The notes: generated from the sequence alone by a model not told the origin. 64,000 nt of DNA from Candidatus Moraniibacteriota bacterium (GCA_049303795.1 JBAQNM010000007.1:13665-77664), one strand, 5' to 3'. Positions 19,048 to 29,532 are shown, counted from the stretch's first letter. Made by a program: numbers and translations.

Positions 19048-19841
19048 AAAAGTTCAGCTATTTTTTTCCATTCAGCCAGACTTAATTCTTGCGCTCTTAT
19101 ATTAGCGCTTAATCCTAGGCTTGTGATTTTTGTGGTTGCTTCCATTTTTGTGATTTTCAGGCTGGCACTTAGGTTATTGGAAAGTGTTTTGCGTTTAGCG
19201 GAAAAACCTGCCTTGACTACACGAAAAAATCTTTTACTATTTTCCGATTTTAATCCAGTGTTTTTATTAAGGCTTATTTTTATTATGGCGCTATCCACTT
19301 CTGGAATGGGAAAGAAGGCTTTTCTGGGGACAATAAAAAGCAATTCTGGAGTGGCGTAGTATTGGACAGAAAGGGCGAGAATGCTTAGTTGCCCCGGCTT
19401 TGCGATTATTCTTTCAGCGACCTCTTTTTGCACCATTAAAAGCATCTCAGTTGGAGGATAGGCTGTTTCTAGAAATAAACGAATAATTTTTGAGGTGATG
19501 TAATAAGGAATGTTAGCGATTAGTTTATATTTCTGGCTAGGAATGTTTTTCTGTATTATTTCTGGTAAGTTTATTGTTAAGATATCAGCTTGAATAATCT
19601 CAATCTTTTCTTTTGCGGAAAATCTTTTTTTCAAATTGCCAATCAATGCTCGATCAATTTCAATGGCTAAAACTTGTTTAGCTGATTTTGCCATTTCTGC
19701 GGTTAGAACTCCTTCTCCGGGGCCTATTTCCAAAATAAAGTCATCAGCATTGATATTTGCAACCGAAATAATTTTTTTGAGAATTTCTTCATCACGCAGG
19801 AAATTTTGCCCGAGAGATTTTTTTGGTTTAATTTTGTCCAT
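19044..19841 (-). CDS. rsmA: 16S rRNA (adenine1518/1519-N6)-dimethyltransferase RsmA/KsgA
   Basis: LGQNFLRDEEILKKI and the SAM-binding ILEIGPGEGVLT motif. The length of 265 aa is typical. Confidence 0.9.
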   Translation of the reverse strand: MDKIKPKKSLGQNFLRDEEILKKIISVANINADDFILEIGPGEGVLTAEMAKSAKQVLAIEIDRALIGNLKKRFSAKEKIEIIQADILTINLPEIIQKNIPSQKYKLIANIPYYITSKIIRLFLETAYPPTEMLLMVQKEVAERIIAKPGQLSILALSVQYYATPELLFIVPRKAFFPIPEVDSAIIKISLNKNTGLKSENSKRFFRVVKAGFSAKRKTLSNNLSASLKITKMEATTKITSLGLSANIRAQELSLAEWKKIAELF

Positions 19842-19849
19842 AAAATTTG

Positions 19850-20797
19850 TTAGTTTAAAACTTCTTCTACTCTCACTCCAATTACTCCAGCGCCTAGGGA
19901 AGCGATTTTCTGGAAAGCCACCTTGTCAAGATCAATTATGCGTCCCTTTCCTTGTGGTCCATAATCATTGATTTGTACTATGATTGATTTTCCATTGGCA
20001 GTATTTGTCACTTTGGCATAGTTACCCTTAGGAATTGTTGTGCTAGCGGCAAATAATCCACCTTTATAAGCATACCACGTTCCTTGACCCTTAGCGGCTG
20101 ATCCTAGTTTCATGTAAGTTCCTTGCGTAATAATTTCTGTAGTAGGTTCTTTTGTAATATTTTTTTCCAAAATAACACGCGAGGTCTCTTTGCCGTCTTT
20201 GTATGTTATTTTGTATTTTACTTCAATTATCCCATTTTCACCAGCTTGTTCGGTTTTCTTTTCTCGCCAGCCTAATTTTGAAGCTGTTTTCGTGGTTGTT
20301 TTGAAGGGGATTTTTTCAGGAATAATTTTTTCTTCAATATTTATTCTTGTGACAATAATTTCCATGTCATTTTCTAGGAGTCCATATTTATCTGGTATGG
20401 TTTTATCTAGCCGGCCAAGAGTTATATTGTTTTCTTGAAGTACTAGGTCGAGATTATTTGTCAGGGTATGATTTTTAATATTTTTTCCATCAACGGCTAT
20501 ATTGATTTTTATAGCCCTTTTTATTTCAACGGTGGAATTGGTTAAGAGTGAGGAATTTCTGTTAGGAGTTATCTGATCATGCTCTGCTAAGGTTATTTTT
20601 TGTTCAGTTAAAAAGTTATCCACAGTTTTTCCTGTCGTTTTTAGCTTGAATTCAAGCCCATTATCACGCAGAAGGAGCGTTTTTGGTTGATTTTCAAAAT
20701 TAAGAATTGGAGAGGGAGAATAAAAAGACAAGCCCAGTTTTACGAGGAAGAATAGGAGTAATACAAAAATTGTAAACTTAAATAATTTCTTGAACAT
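19850..20797 (-). CDS. YabE-like protein (DUF348/G5-like region plus a C-terminal RlpA-like/3D double-psi beta-barrel domain)
   Basis: N-terminal TM segment. The C-terminal TIPKGNYAKVTNTANGKSIIVQINDYGPQGKGRIIDLDKVAFQKI matches the RlpA/3D DPBB signature. It is adjacent to ksgA, as yabE is in Firmicutes. Confidence 0.7.
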   Translation of the reverse strand: MFKKLFKFTIFVLLLFFLVKLGLSFYSPSPILNFENQPKTLLLRDNGLEFKLKTTGKTVDNFLTEQKITLAEHDQITPNRNSSLLTNSTVEIKRAIKINIAVDGKNIKNHTLTNNLDLVLQENNITLGRLDKTIPDKYGLLENDMEIIVTRINIEEKIIPEKIPFKTTTKTASKLGWREKKTEQAGENGIIEVKYKITYKDGKETSRVILEKNITKEPTTEIITQGTYMKLGSAAKGQGTWYAYKGGLFAASTTIPKGNYAKVTNTANGKSIIVQINDYGPQGKGRIIDLDKVAFQKIASLGAGVIGVRVEEVLN

Positions 20798-20810
20798 AAA
20801 ATATTAAGAG

Positions 20811-22337
20811 CTATTCTGTCTTAAAACGATATTGAATTGCTTCAGCAATATGAATTGGTTTAATTTCCAATGATTCTTCCAAGTCAGCAATGGTTCTGGC
20901 AACTTTAATAATACGAAAATAAGAACGAGCACTAAGGTAGAATTTAGCTAGCGCGGTTTTCATGAGTTCTGATCCGGCTAGATCAAGTTGGCAGTATTTT
21001 TTAATTTGCTCATTTTCCATTTCACTGTTTGTGATTATTTTTGAATTTAGAAATCGACTAGCTTGAATTTGGCGGGCTTTTTCGACACGTTTTTGAATAG
21101 ATTTAGAATTTTCAGGCTGAACTTCTTCAGCCAATTTTTCGAATTGTAGCCGAGGCACTTCGATGTGTAAATCAATGCGATCTAATATTGGCCCAGAAAT
21201 TTTTGATTGATAGCGGATAATATTGGCAGGACTACAGGAGCAATTTTTTTCCGGATCTGTTGCGTTTCCGCAAGGGCATGGATTCATAGCGGCAACAAGT
21301 GTGAAGCGAGCAGGAAATTCGAGTGTGCCACGAGAACGTGAAACTGTAATTGACCCATTTTCCAAGGGTTGTCTAAGATTTTCCAAGACAGCACGGGAAA
21401 ATTCAGAGAATTCATCTAAAAATAAAATTCCGCGATGTGCCAAACTTATTTCTCCTGGCTTTGGAATGGTTCCTCCGCCAACAAGAGAGGCGGCGCTAGC
21501 ACTATGATGTGGGGCGCGAAATTGTCTTTTTGTAATCAGACTGGTTTCTTTTGGTAGATATCCGGCAACAGAAAATATTTTGGTTATTTCGAGGGCTTCA
21601 GAAACGCTGAGGCGTGGAAGAATCGATGGTAATGTTTTAGCGAGCAGGGTTTTTCCTGATCCGGGCGGTCCATTCAAAAGAATATTATGTCCCCCAGCAG
21701 AAGCAATTTCCAGTGCTCTTTTGGCATGTTCTTGACCTTTAATGAATTTCATATCAAAAATATGCTCTTCTTTTTCAAATAAACTTTCTAAATCAGTGTT
21801 GGGAAAGTAATCCAAAAGCACCCTTTTTTCTAGGTGATCAATTAATTCTCGCAGTGTTGAGACTGCAATAATTTTAATTCCAGAAATAATTGATGCTTCC
21901 CTAGCGTTTTCCTTAGGAATAAAAATAGTTTCAATACCCATTTCCTTAGCAAGCAATGCCACAAGTAGGACTCCTTTGACTGGGCGAATTCTTCCATCTA
22001 ATGAAAGTTCACCGAGAAAGAGTTTATCCTCATGATCGAAGCGGAGTTGATTTGTAGCAAGAAGAAAACCTAAGGCGATTGGAAGGTCGTAGATTGGCCC
22101 AACCTTAGGCAAATCAGCCGGAGCAAGATTAACCGTTATGCGTCCGCAGCGATATGGAGGAATGAACCCACTATTTTTAACGGCGGAACTAACTCGATCC
22201 TGAGATTCTTTAATGGCTGTATCAGGCAGACCAACAATATTAAAATGGTGCATTCCAGCCGAAACTGTGTCCACTTCAACTTCTACTAATTCGCTTTTAA
22301 GGCCGATAATGGCCACTGAAATTACTTTTGATGACAT
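20811..22337 (-). CDS. YifB/ComM-family Mg-chelatase-like AAA+ ATPase
   Basis: N-terminal Lon-like domain. Walker A is LLNGPPGSGKTLLAK, and a ChlI-like C-terminal domain has a zinc-ribbon-like CPCGN...CSC. Confidence 0.88.
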   Translation of the reverse strand: MSSKVISVAIIGLKSELVEVEVDTVSAGMHHFNIVGLPDTAIKESQDRVSSAVKNSGFIPPYRCGRITVNLAPADLPKVGPIYDLPIALGFLLATNQLRFDHEDKLFLGELSLDGRIRPVKGVLLVALLAKEMGIETIFIPKENAREASIISGIKIIAVSTLRELIDHLEKRVLLDYFPNTDLESLFEKEEHIFDMKFIKGQEHAKRALEIASAGGHNILLNGPPGSGKTLLAKTLPSILPRLSVSEALEITKIFSVAGYLPKETSLITKRQFRAPHHSASAASLVGGGTIPKPGEISLAHRGILFLDEFSEFSRAVLENLRQPLENGSITVSRSRGTLEFPARFTLVAAMNPCPCGNATDPEKNCSCSPANIIRYQSKISGPILDRIDLHIEVPRLQFEKLAEEVQPENSKSIQKRVEKARQIQASRFLNSKIITNSEMENEQIKKYCQLDLAGSELMKTALAKFYLSARSYFRIIKVARTIADLEESLEIKPIHIAEAIQYRFKTE

Positions 22338-22373
22338 ATGATACTGTTTTATTATTTTTTTAGAACGTTTATT

Positions 22374-22769
22374 TTATTTGCGGTTAGTTTGGATTATTAG
22401 TAATAACACCCCTAAGCAAATAAAAATATCTGCAAAATTAAATATGGGCCAAATTTGTATATTAATAAAATCAACTACACATCCAAAATATATTCTATCT
22501 AATAAATTTGAAATTGATCCGGATAGTATAAATAGTATAGCATAGGAATAGCGGGGATATTTTTTAAAAAGAAAGTAGATTAAAGTGGAAAAAATAGCTA
22601 GCCAGGCCGGTAAAAGAAAAAAAATTGATGGTTTAAGACCGAAAGAGATTCCTGAGTTGCAAATATAAAACCCGCCTTGAGAGCGGATAATATATTTACT
22701 AAGCTGGTCTATTAGAATAGTAACTAATAAAACGCAACATGATAAAAAAATATTTTGATACTTTTTCAT
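22374..22769 (-). CDS. lspA: Lipoprotein signal peptidase II (LspA). The start is chosen at the internal MKKYQN Met, because the longer ORF (to 22892) would overlap the upstream gene by 110 nt.
   Basis: NSGISFGL and FNFADIFICLGVLLLI motifs and four TM helices. Confidence 0.7.
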   Translation of the reverse strand: MKKYQNIFLSCCVLLVTILIDQLSKYIIRSQGGFYICNSGISFGLKPSIFFLLPAWLAIFSTLIYFLFKKYPRYSYAILFILSGSISNLLDRIYFGCVVDFINIQIWPIFNFADIFICLGVLLLIIQTNRK

Positions 22770-22782
22770 TTTGAAAATAGCT

Positions 22783-23130
22783 CTAACACTTAATACATGT
22801 TTTAGCGCTGGGATTAGCTCTGAGTCGCTCAATGTCAATTTCCTTTTGACAATTATCGCAAAAACCATAAGTACCTTTTTCCATTCGATCAAGTGCGGAG
22901 ATTATTTCTTGTAAGTTTTTTTCCAAGGTAATTTCAACTGGAAGATTTTCGGTATACTCTTCAACCTCTGTCGCGTTATCTTCACGATCAGAGCCAATGT
23001 TTTCAAAATTAGTTTCATAGTCGCCTCTTTCCTTATCGATCGGTCTGGCAATTCTACCTAGGCTTTTTTCAAGCTCAGCTTTTTCTTTAGTTAGGAGTTC
23101 TTTGAGTTCATCTAAAATATTTTTTTCCAT
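22783..23130 (-). CDS. TraR/DksA-family C4 zinc-finger protein
   Basis: 115 aa with a coiled-coil N-terminus and a C-terminal CDNCQKEI...17 residues...CIKC zinc finger. Confidence 0.6.
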   Translation of the reverse strand: MEKNILDELKELLTKEKAELEKSLGRIARPIDKERGDYETNFENIGSDREDNATEVEEYTENLPVEITLEKNLQEIISALDRMEKGTYGFCDNCQKEIDIERLRANPSAKTCIKC

Positions 23131-23203
23131 ATAATATTGATTTAACTATTATTTTTCTTAACTAATTCAGTTTAGCAAAAAAACAAAAAGTTGTCTATTA
23201 ACT

Positions 23204-23590
23204 TTAGATTGACTTTATATGCTTTACCTTGGCGTTTCTTTTGAAATGATCAATCCAGATTGCAATTATATCAAAACGATATGCTTGGTTAAACAGCTTA
23301 TTTTTTTGTAAATAAAAATTAGCAATTTTTTCTAATTTGCGCCTTTTTTGATAGTTGACATTTTCTTCGGGTAGACTGTCTTTGTATTTATGAAATTCTC
23401 GTGCTTTCACTTCGACAAAAACTAATTCATTCCTGGTCTTATCTTTAGCAATAATGTCAATTTCTCCTAATTTTATACCCAACTTGTTCGTATAGTTTAA
23501 TTCAATAATTTGATATCCCTTAGTTTTTAGGTAATTTGCAGCAATTTTCTCTCCCAAATTGCCCAGTGCTTTTTTACTTGTAATTGGCAT
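23204..23590 (-). CDS. yraN: YraN-family (UPF0102) endonuclease-fold protein
   Basis: GEKIAANYLKTKGYQIIELNY...GEIDIIAKDKT..LVFVEVKAR is the typical YraN signature. Confidence 0.8.
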   Translation of the reverse strand: MPITSKKALGNLGEKIAANYLKTKGYQIIELNYTNKLGIKLGEIDIIAKDKTRNELVFVEVKAREFHKYKDSLPEENVNYQKRRKLEKIANFYLQKNKLFNQAYRFDIIAIWIDHFKRNAKVKHIKSI

Positions 23591-24322
23591 GTGAATATTT
23601 TAAAAATTTAGAAAATAAAAAACACCCTTTCTTTGGTGCTTCCTTTGTATATATAAATCACTAACTCTTTTCCGGTTTTAAAAGTAGGTTGGAAAACCGG
23701 TGCGCTCAGCACCCAATAAAAAATAAATTTGGCGAGAACGCACCAGCTGTTTGTCATATACTAACATGTTATGCGGAAACATTTTCGCCGGGTGAGTGGC
23801 AAATTTGTTATAACAAACATGTGTTTTATGTATATAACGAAGATTATCTCTATTCTGACTGTAGAAATTTTGTTTTACCATTCTCTGGCATGATAGCCTT
23901 TGAATTTTTGAAAGAACTAGTTTTTATTATTTATTTTTATATTTTTGATAAATAATTTTTGTTTTTATTTTGGGTCTCCGATGTCAGAAATCGAAGCGAC
24001 TTTGACGCGTTGGTCAAAGTACTTGAACAGTAAAACAATTTTCAATCACAAATAGGGGGAAATTGTGATTGAAAGTTGTGTTACCGTTCCGTTACTGCGA
24101 ATTTTTAATGTTCAATATACTTATTATATCAAAAAAAACAGCATACGTCAACGAATAAATATTTTCTGGCTGTATTAGCGGAATAATAATAAAAAAATAA
24201 AATGTTTATTTTGGTATTTTTATTTTAACACTTGAGTTTTTTAAAAAGTAGTTTACTTTTTAATGGCTAATATAAGCACAAAAATTAAACACGATCCAGT
24301 TATCCACAGGTTTTTCTTGTCG

Positions 24323-25591
24323 TTATTGTGGGAATCCCATGTCTGTTACAGCAAATTCATTTAGATGATCAATAATTGCTCTAATGGTTAGTTTGGTTGT
24401 TCCAATAACTAGTTTGTTTTTAAATACCGTGTAGTCAACAGAAAGATTTTCCGGAGATATGATATTTTGGTAGCGTATTTTTGCACCGCCATACTCGCTA
24501 CTGTTAAATAGTTTGTCTTTTTTGTAGTCAGTTGTGAAAAAAAGTGAATTAATCCCATCTGCCAAATTTTTTTCTTCTTGAAGCATCGCTGCGCTTAGCG
24601 CAGTGTCGTTTTTAGAATCAATAACCAGTCCAATCCTTGACACTAGGTCATCATTATAAATAAAAAGGCTAAAATTATCTGCCAAATTATCCAGAATCTG
24701 ATTAGAAAATGTCAACCCGATTCTATTTGAAAAGCTTTTGAATGTGAGCGGTGTATTTTTTTCGTCTGTGATGATGAATTCGACGGGATTTTCATATCCC
24801 TCTTGAGCTACTTTTTGAATGCGTTGTTTTAGAGCACTTTTTATCTTTTCAGCGTCAGTTATTTCTGGACCTAGAATGAAGTAATTAGGATTTTCTTGAG
24901 AATAAGAAAGGCTTGGAGTTGCTTCTGGTGTTTGAGTTGCAACTGGCGTTGGAGTTGAAATTGGAGTCGCTGTTGCAATTGGTGTTGGCGTTTCCTCTAT
25001 TATGGCAGGGGTGTTTTTTTTGTTTTTTAAATAAGAATAGCCAGTCCAAATTAAAGCAACAAGAAGAATTATGGAAGATATGATTGACAACAATAACTTC
25101 CAATTAAATTCGTTTGGTGATTCGGTTGCTATTTCTATGGGGTTAGCAGGATTATTTTCTGAGATTGGATTTTTTTCTACTATTGGCTGTCTTGGTGTTA
25201 TTTTTTCGTCAATATTAGTTGAAAAAGCATCTTTATTTGGTGTTTGCGGGGTTGTTTGAATTGTGGATTTTGGTAATTCCTTGTTTGGCAAAATGGGGTC
25301 TTGTATTTTTTCATTTAAAATAGAGCGATCATTCCAGGTATTTGTTTCATTAAGAAAAGGACTGGACTGTTGTTTTTGGCTTAGTTTGTTTCGATTAATC
25401 GGACTGACTTTTTTTTCTGATTCTAGTTGATTTTTAAAGGCGTTAGGATTTTTTATGCGCTCAAGATCTTCTGCCATTGTATGTATTGGAAGATTTTCGA
25501 TATCAATATTGTTGTTTTGATTATTATTCGGGTTGGCGAAAGAAGATGGATTATTTTTTGTAGGAGAAGTGTTAGTATTTTGACCAAACAT
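24323..25591 (-). CDS. Hypothetical single-pass membrane protein with a low-complexity N-terminal region
   Basis: 422 aa. Asn/Pro-rich N-terminal region, one TM helix (LLLSIISSIILLVALIWTGY), a TPTP-repeat linker, and a C-terminal globular region. Confidence 0.45.
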   Translation of the reverse strand: MFGQNTNTSPTKNNPSSFANPNNNQNNNIDIENLPIHTMAEDLERIKNPNAFKNQLESEKKVSPINRNKLSQKQQSSPFLNETNTWNDRSILNEKIQDPILPNKELPKSTIQTTPQTPNKDAFSTNIDEKITPRQPIVEKNPISENNPANPIEIATESPNEFNWKLLLSIISSIILLVALIWTGYSYLKNKKNTPAIIEETPTPIATATPISTPTPVATQTPEATPSLSYSQENPNYFILGPEITDAEKIKSALKQRIQKVAQEGYENPVEFIITDEKNTPLTFKSFSNRIGLTFSNQILDNLADNFSLFIYNDDLVSRIGLVIDSKNDTALSAAMLQEEKNLADGINSLFFTTDYKKDKLFNSSEYGGAKIRYQNIISPENLSVDYTVFKNKLVIGTTKLTIRAIIDHLNEFAVTDMGFPQ

Positions 25592-25682
25592 TTTTTTATT
25601 TTTTAGTTTTTATTAAAAATAATAGAAGTAGACAATTGTCTACTTCTATTATACAACAGAGTTTAAATTTTGGCTAATTTTT

Positions 25683-27800
25683 TTATTCCGTTTTTTGGGC
25701 AGCAGCTTTAGCGGAAAGATTAATTCTTCCTTGGGAATCAATCTCCTTAACTTTAACAGGAAGAATATCTCCAACTTTTAAAACATCTTCCACTTTTTCA
25801 ATTCTGCGGTCGGCAATTTCTGAAATATGAATCAAGCCTTCTTGTCCTGGAAGAATTTCAGCAAAAGCACCGAAAGCCATGATTTTTATAATCTTAGCTT
25901 GGAAAATTTCACCGGCTTTGACTTCACGAGTGAGATTATTAATCCATTCTTGAGCTTTTTCAGCTGATTGTTTATCAGCGGAAGTTATGAAAACTGATCC
26001 ATCATCTTCAATGTCGATTTCTACCCCAGTTTCATCGATAATTTCATTAATAACTTTTCCACCTGTACCAATAACATTCCTGATTTTGTCAGGATTGATA
26101 TGCATAACGATAATGCGTGGAGCATATTGTGACATTTCTGGATTCGGAACGGAGATAGTGGCTGTAATTTTTTCCAAGATTTCCATGCGATTCTTTTGAG
26201 ATTGGATGAGAACTGCCCCAAGCATTGGAATGGTTACTCCGTCAAGTTTCACATCCATTTGTAAGGCTGTGATTCCTTCTGAAGTTCCAGCAGCTTTAAA
26301 GTCCATATCTCCATAGTGATCTTCAAGTCCTTGAATGTCAGTGAGAACTTTGAATTTTTGGCTATCAGATTTTTGATCAACGATTATTCCCATAGCAATT
26401 CCACTAACTGGGCGTTTAATTGGCACACCGGCGTTCATAAGAGAAAGAGTAGAGCCACAAGTGGAAGCCATTGAAGAAGATCCATTAGATGAAAGTGTTT
26501 CACTCATAAGAAGGATTGTGTAGGGAAATTCTTCCTTGGAAGGTAAAACTGGCACTAGAGCTTTTTCTGCGAGAGCGCCATGGCCAATTTCTCGTCGTCC
26601 CGGTCCTCGCATTGGACGCACTTCTCCAACTGAATATGGTGGGAAGTTATAATAGTGAATGTATCTTTTTTTAGTGTCTACTTCCATGGTATCAATTATT
26701 TGTTCTGCTCCCGGGGCGCCAAGAGTTGTCACTGTGAGCGCTTGAGTTTCTCCACGAGTGAAAAGCCCGGTGCCATGAGTTCTTGGTAAAATTCCCACCT
26801 TGCATTCAATATGGCGAATTTCATCTAATTTTCTGCCGTCCGGTCGCATTTCTTTTTCTAGAATATTTTGATGCACAATTTCATCAGACACTTCTTCAGA
26901 TACAATTTCCGCTATTTCTTTGAGCTTATCAGCCTCGTTGGGATAGGTTTCTTTGATGAAAGTAGAAATCTTTTCATTGATAGCTTTGGTTTTTTCTTCG
27001 ATAACTTTTTTATCCTTGTCATAAAGCGCTTCTGCTAGGCCTTCTGAAAGAAGCATCTCTTTAATCTTGCTTTCAAATTCTTCTGTTCCCCTGACAAGTG
27101 CCGGCTCGGATTTTTCTTTCCCAATCTCTTTTTGAATTTCACCAACAAATTCTGCTATTTTTCCAATAGCTTCATGGGCAAATTTAATAGCCTCGAGCAT
27201 CTCCATTTCGGGCACTTCTTTGGAGGCGCATTCAATCATATTTATTTTGTCTTGTGTTCCGCTGACTAGTAGATCAAGTGATCCATCAGTCAACTCTCCG
27301 TTAATTGGATTTAAAATTAATTCTCCATTTAATTTTCCAACACGAACAGCGCTGACTGGTCCGTTCCAGGGAATATTTGAAATGGAAAGAGCGGCCGAGG
27401 CAGCAATAATAGCAATCACATCTGGATCATTTTCTCCGTCATAGGAAAGAACGGTGCAAACTACTTGCACATCATTTCGCATTCGAGAATTGAAAAGCGG
27501 TCGAACAGTTCTGTCGACTGCGCGCCCAGACAAAATTGCATCGTCTGATGGGCGACCTTCGCGTTTGATGAAACGTGAGCCTTTTATTTTTCCAGCCGCA
27601 TAGTAGCGCTCTTCAAAGTCAACCATCAATGGAAAATAGCCAGAAATGCGTGAAGCACTTTTGCTCATAACAGCTGTTGCGAGCACAACAGTGTCGCCAT
27701 AACGAACTGTTACTGCGCCATTAGCCTGTCCGGCTAGAAGGCCAGTTTCAACTTCTAAAATTCGTCCTCCAATTTGGAGAGACCATTTTTTTTGTTGCAT
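25683..27800 (-). CDS. pnp: Polyribonucleotide nucleotidyltransferase (PNPase)
   Basis: Two RNase PH domains, a KH domain and a C-terminal S1 domain. Many conserved blocks are present (GGRILEVETG, FTRGETQAL, DHYGDMDFKAAGT). Confidence 0.95.
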   Translation of the reverse strand: MQQKKWSLQIGGRILEVETGLLAGQANGAVTVRYGDTVVLATAVMSKSASRISGYFPLMVDFEERYYAAGKIKGSRFIKREGRPSDDAILSGRAVDRTVRPLFNSRMRNDVQVVCTVLSYDGENDPDVIAIIAASAALSISNIPWNGPVSAVRVGKLNGELILNPINGELTDGSLDLLVSGTQDKINMIECASKEVPEMEMLEAIKFAHEAIGKIAEFVGEIQKEIGKEKSEPALVRGTEEFESKIKEMLLSEGLAEALYDKDKKVIEEKTKAINEKISTFIKETYPNEADKLKEIAEIVSEEVSDEIVHQNILEKEMRPDGRKLDEIRHIECKVGILPRTHGTGLFTRGETQALTVTTLGAPGAEQIIDTMEVDTKKRYIHYYNFPPYSVGEVRPMRGPGRREIGHGALAEKALVPVLPSKEEFPYTILLMSETLSSNGSSSMASTCGSTLSLMNAGVPIKRPVSGIAMGIIVDQKSDSQKFKVLTDIQGLEDHYGDMDFKAAGTSEGITALQMDVKLDGVTIPMLGAVLIQSQKNRMEILEKITATISVPNPEMSQYAPRIIVMHINPDKIRNVIGTGGKVINEIIDETGVEIDIEDDGSVFITSADKQSAEKAQEWINNLTREVKAGEIFQAKIIKIMAFGAFAEILPGQEGLIHISEIADRRIEKVEDVLKVGDILPVKVKEIDSQGRINLSAKAAAQKTE

Positions 27801-28013
27801 ATCATTTTATGAAGTCTTGACTGGGATAATGATTGCTTTAGGTTAAGACAAGGCGTTGATTTACGAATTAGGACCTACAATTGGTTATAAACCTTAATTC
27901 ATAAATCGCTTGCTTACTAGCACGCACTTATTCCAATAATCAAAAGACTTTTTATAATTAATTAACAATCGAAGTGTAGCTTGTTTTAGCTATTTTGTCA
28001 AAGTTTGTTAGTG

Positions 28014-28493
28014 CTAAATTGATGCAATTACAGTAGGGCCTTGGCTACTTGTTTTGTTTTGGGAAAAAGCTAGATAGCCAGGAATGATTAAATTAATTGG
28101 CGTGATAATTATTAAAACTCCTAACCATTCCGGCCTGCCTAGCGCTCGGAAAATGCCCATCCAAACTAGAATACTAATAATAATGTTTATTATTGGTATG
28201 AAAAAGAGAAAAACCCACCATTCCGGTTTTCTTGAAACGTGTAGCGCTAGAAGAAAATTAAAAATTGGAATCCATGCAAACCAAGCATTTGGTGTGTTTG
28301 TTTTTCTGGCAATCTTTGAGAGGCAAATAGCTATGTATATATAGTAAATAATTACTAAAAACAGGCAAAAAAATAAAATACGAATTAAAAAATATTCACT
28401 TGAAGTCTCAAAAAAATTAGAAAAAGAAATATCTGAAAATGCACGCCTCGTAAGATCAAGAAAATTTTGAATTAAATTGTTGCCTTGATTCAT
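28014..28493 (-). CDS. Hypothetical polytopic membrane protein
   Basis: 159 aa with about four TM helices and no motif recognised. Confidence 0.4.
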   Translation of the reverse strand: MNQGNNLIQNFLDLTRRAFSDISFSNFFETSSEYFLIRILFFCLFLVIIYYIYIAICLSKIARKTNTPNAWFAWIPIFNFLLALHVSRKPEWWVFLFFIPIINIIISILVWMGIFRALGRPEWLGVLIIITPINLIIPGYLAFSQNKTSSQGPTVIASI

Positions 28494-28653
28494 AATTTTA
28501 TTTTTTTTAATTAGGCTTAAACAAAAAATAGTCTAACATTGTGATTGAAAAGTAGTTTAGAGTAAAAAGATGAACTGGTCGTAAAAAAATTCAGGTTTGT
28601 TTTTCTGAATCTAAATCACAAAAAGGTTAGAAATTTTTGTGTAAGCGTTATTT

Positions 28654-29151
28654 TTAGATTAAATACTTTTTTTTATTTTCACTCAAATTAATGAAGTTAT
28701 CAAGTTCCTCAACTAATTTGTTGCTGGTTGATTCAGAGAAGGCCGCTCCTTCTACGCGACAACCAGTTGTTGATTGAATATATTTGACGAGTGGGATATA
28801 ATCCCCGTCACCGGAAACGATCACAATCGCATCAAGATTTTTGGACATTTTGATAGCGTCAACTGCAATTCCAACATCCCAATCGCCTTTTTTGGCTCCA
28901 CCAGGAAAGATTTGCAAGTCTTTGGTTTTAACCTCATAGCCAACTTTTCCCAAAGCTTCAAAGAATTTCTCCTCTTGTCCTTCAAGAGTCTTTATTCCAT
29001 AAGCAATAGCCCGAATCAATTTTCGATCGCCTACCACGGATTTTAGGACCTGATCAAAATTAACTTTTTTTTGATGAAGCACTTTGGCGCTATAATAGAG
29101 ATTTTGGATATCAACTAAAACTCCAATGCGTTGTTCTTTAAATATGCTCAT
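28654..29151 (-). CDS. NYN/LabA-like domain protein (putative RNase)
   Basis: GVLVDIQNLYY...IVIVSGDGDYIPLV is the typical NYN/LabA pattern. Confidence 0.65.
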   Translation of the reverse strand: MSIFKEQRIGVLVDIQNLYYSAKVLHQKKVNFDQVLKSVVGDRKLIRAIAYGIKTLEGQEEKFFEALGKVGYEVKTKDLQIFPGGAKKGDWDVGIAVDAIKMSKNLDAIVIVSGDGDYIPLVKYIQSTTGCRVEGAAFSESTSNKLVEELDNFINLSENKKKYLI

Positions 29152-29216
29152 AATTTTTTCTTAGGATTTATGCGCTTACTTCTCAAATCTCTTAAGCGCG
29201 CAATCGCGTTTTGTTT

Positions 29217-29253
29217 AAAATAAACTAAAATGCAAGACTGGTTGGTCTTGCAT
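29217..29253 (-). terminator. Rho-independent terminator downstream of rpsO
   Basis: Perfect 9-bp stem (atgcaagac / gtcttgcat) with a 6-nt loop, followed on the coding strand by a U-run (the plus strand shows aaaataaactaaaa before the hairpin). Confidence 0.55.
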
Positions 29254-29262
29254 GGATAGTAA

Positions 29263-29532
29263 CTAGCTTTTAAGGCCTAATTTTTTAATTAAAGCTTTGT
29301 ATTCTTTTTCGTTAGTTTTTTTCAAATAGTCCAGAAGTCTTCTTCTTTTGGAAACCATCTTTAGTAGTCCTCGGCGAGAATGAAAATCTTTCGGATTTTT
29401 CTTAAGATGAGCAGTTAATTTTTTGATTGTTTCTGTGAAAAGAGCGACTTGATATTCTGGAGAACCAGTATCTTTGTCATGTCTTTTAATCTCCTTGGTG
29501 ACTTTCTCTTTTTGCTTTCCTGTGAGAGCCAT
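29263..29532 (-). CDS. rpsO: 30S ribosomal protein S15. The start is chosen at MALTGKQ; the ORF track extends 14 codons further upstream.
   Basis: [50 protein letters not shown] matches the S15 consensus. It lies near pnp. Confidence 0.85.
   Translation of the reverse strand: MALTGKQKEKVTKEIKRHDKDTGSPEYQVALFTETIKKLTAHLKKNPKDFHSRRGLLKMVSKRRRLLDYLKKTNEKEYKALIKKLGLKS

Noticed and set aside
22374-22892. Full 172-aa lspA ORF starting at 22892
   Set aside because: That start would overlap the upstream TraR/DksA gene by 110 nt. An internal Met (MKKYQN, start at 22769) gives a non-overlapping 132-aa product that still contains all LspA motifs.
23591-24322. RNase P RNA, SRP RNA or tmRNA in the long intergenic gap
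   Set aside because: None of the universally conserved motifs could be found by eye on either strand: RNase P GGAAAGUCCGG/AGGGCAGG, SRP domain IV GGAAGCAGCC, or the tmRNA tRNA-like 3' end with tag ORF. It is left as an unassigned structured non-coding region.
819-26221. Numerous 60-130-aa ORFs embedded antisense or out-of-frame within large genes (e.g. 819..1028, 1876..2067, 3289..3471, 8579..8968, 14025..14399, 21223..21507, 25987..26199)
   Set aside because: They overlap well-supported genes on the opposite strand or in another frame. Their composition is biased (Ser/Leu/Ile-rich mirror of the partner frame) and they lack start contexts. They are treated as spurious.
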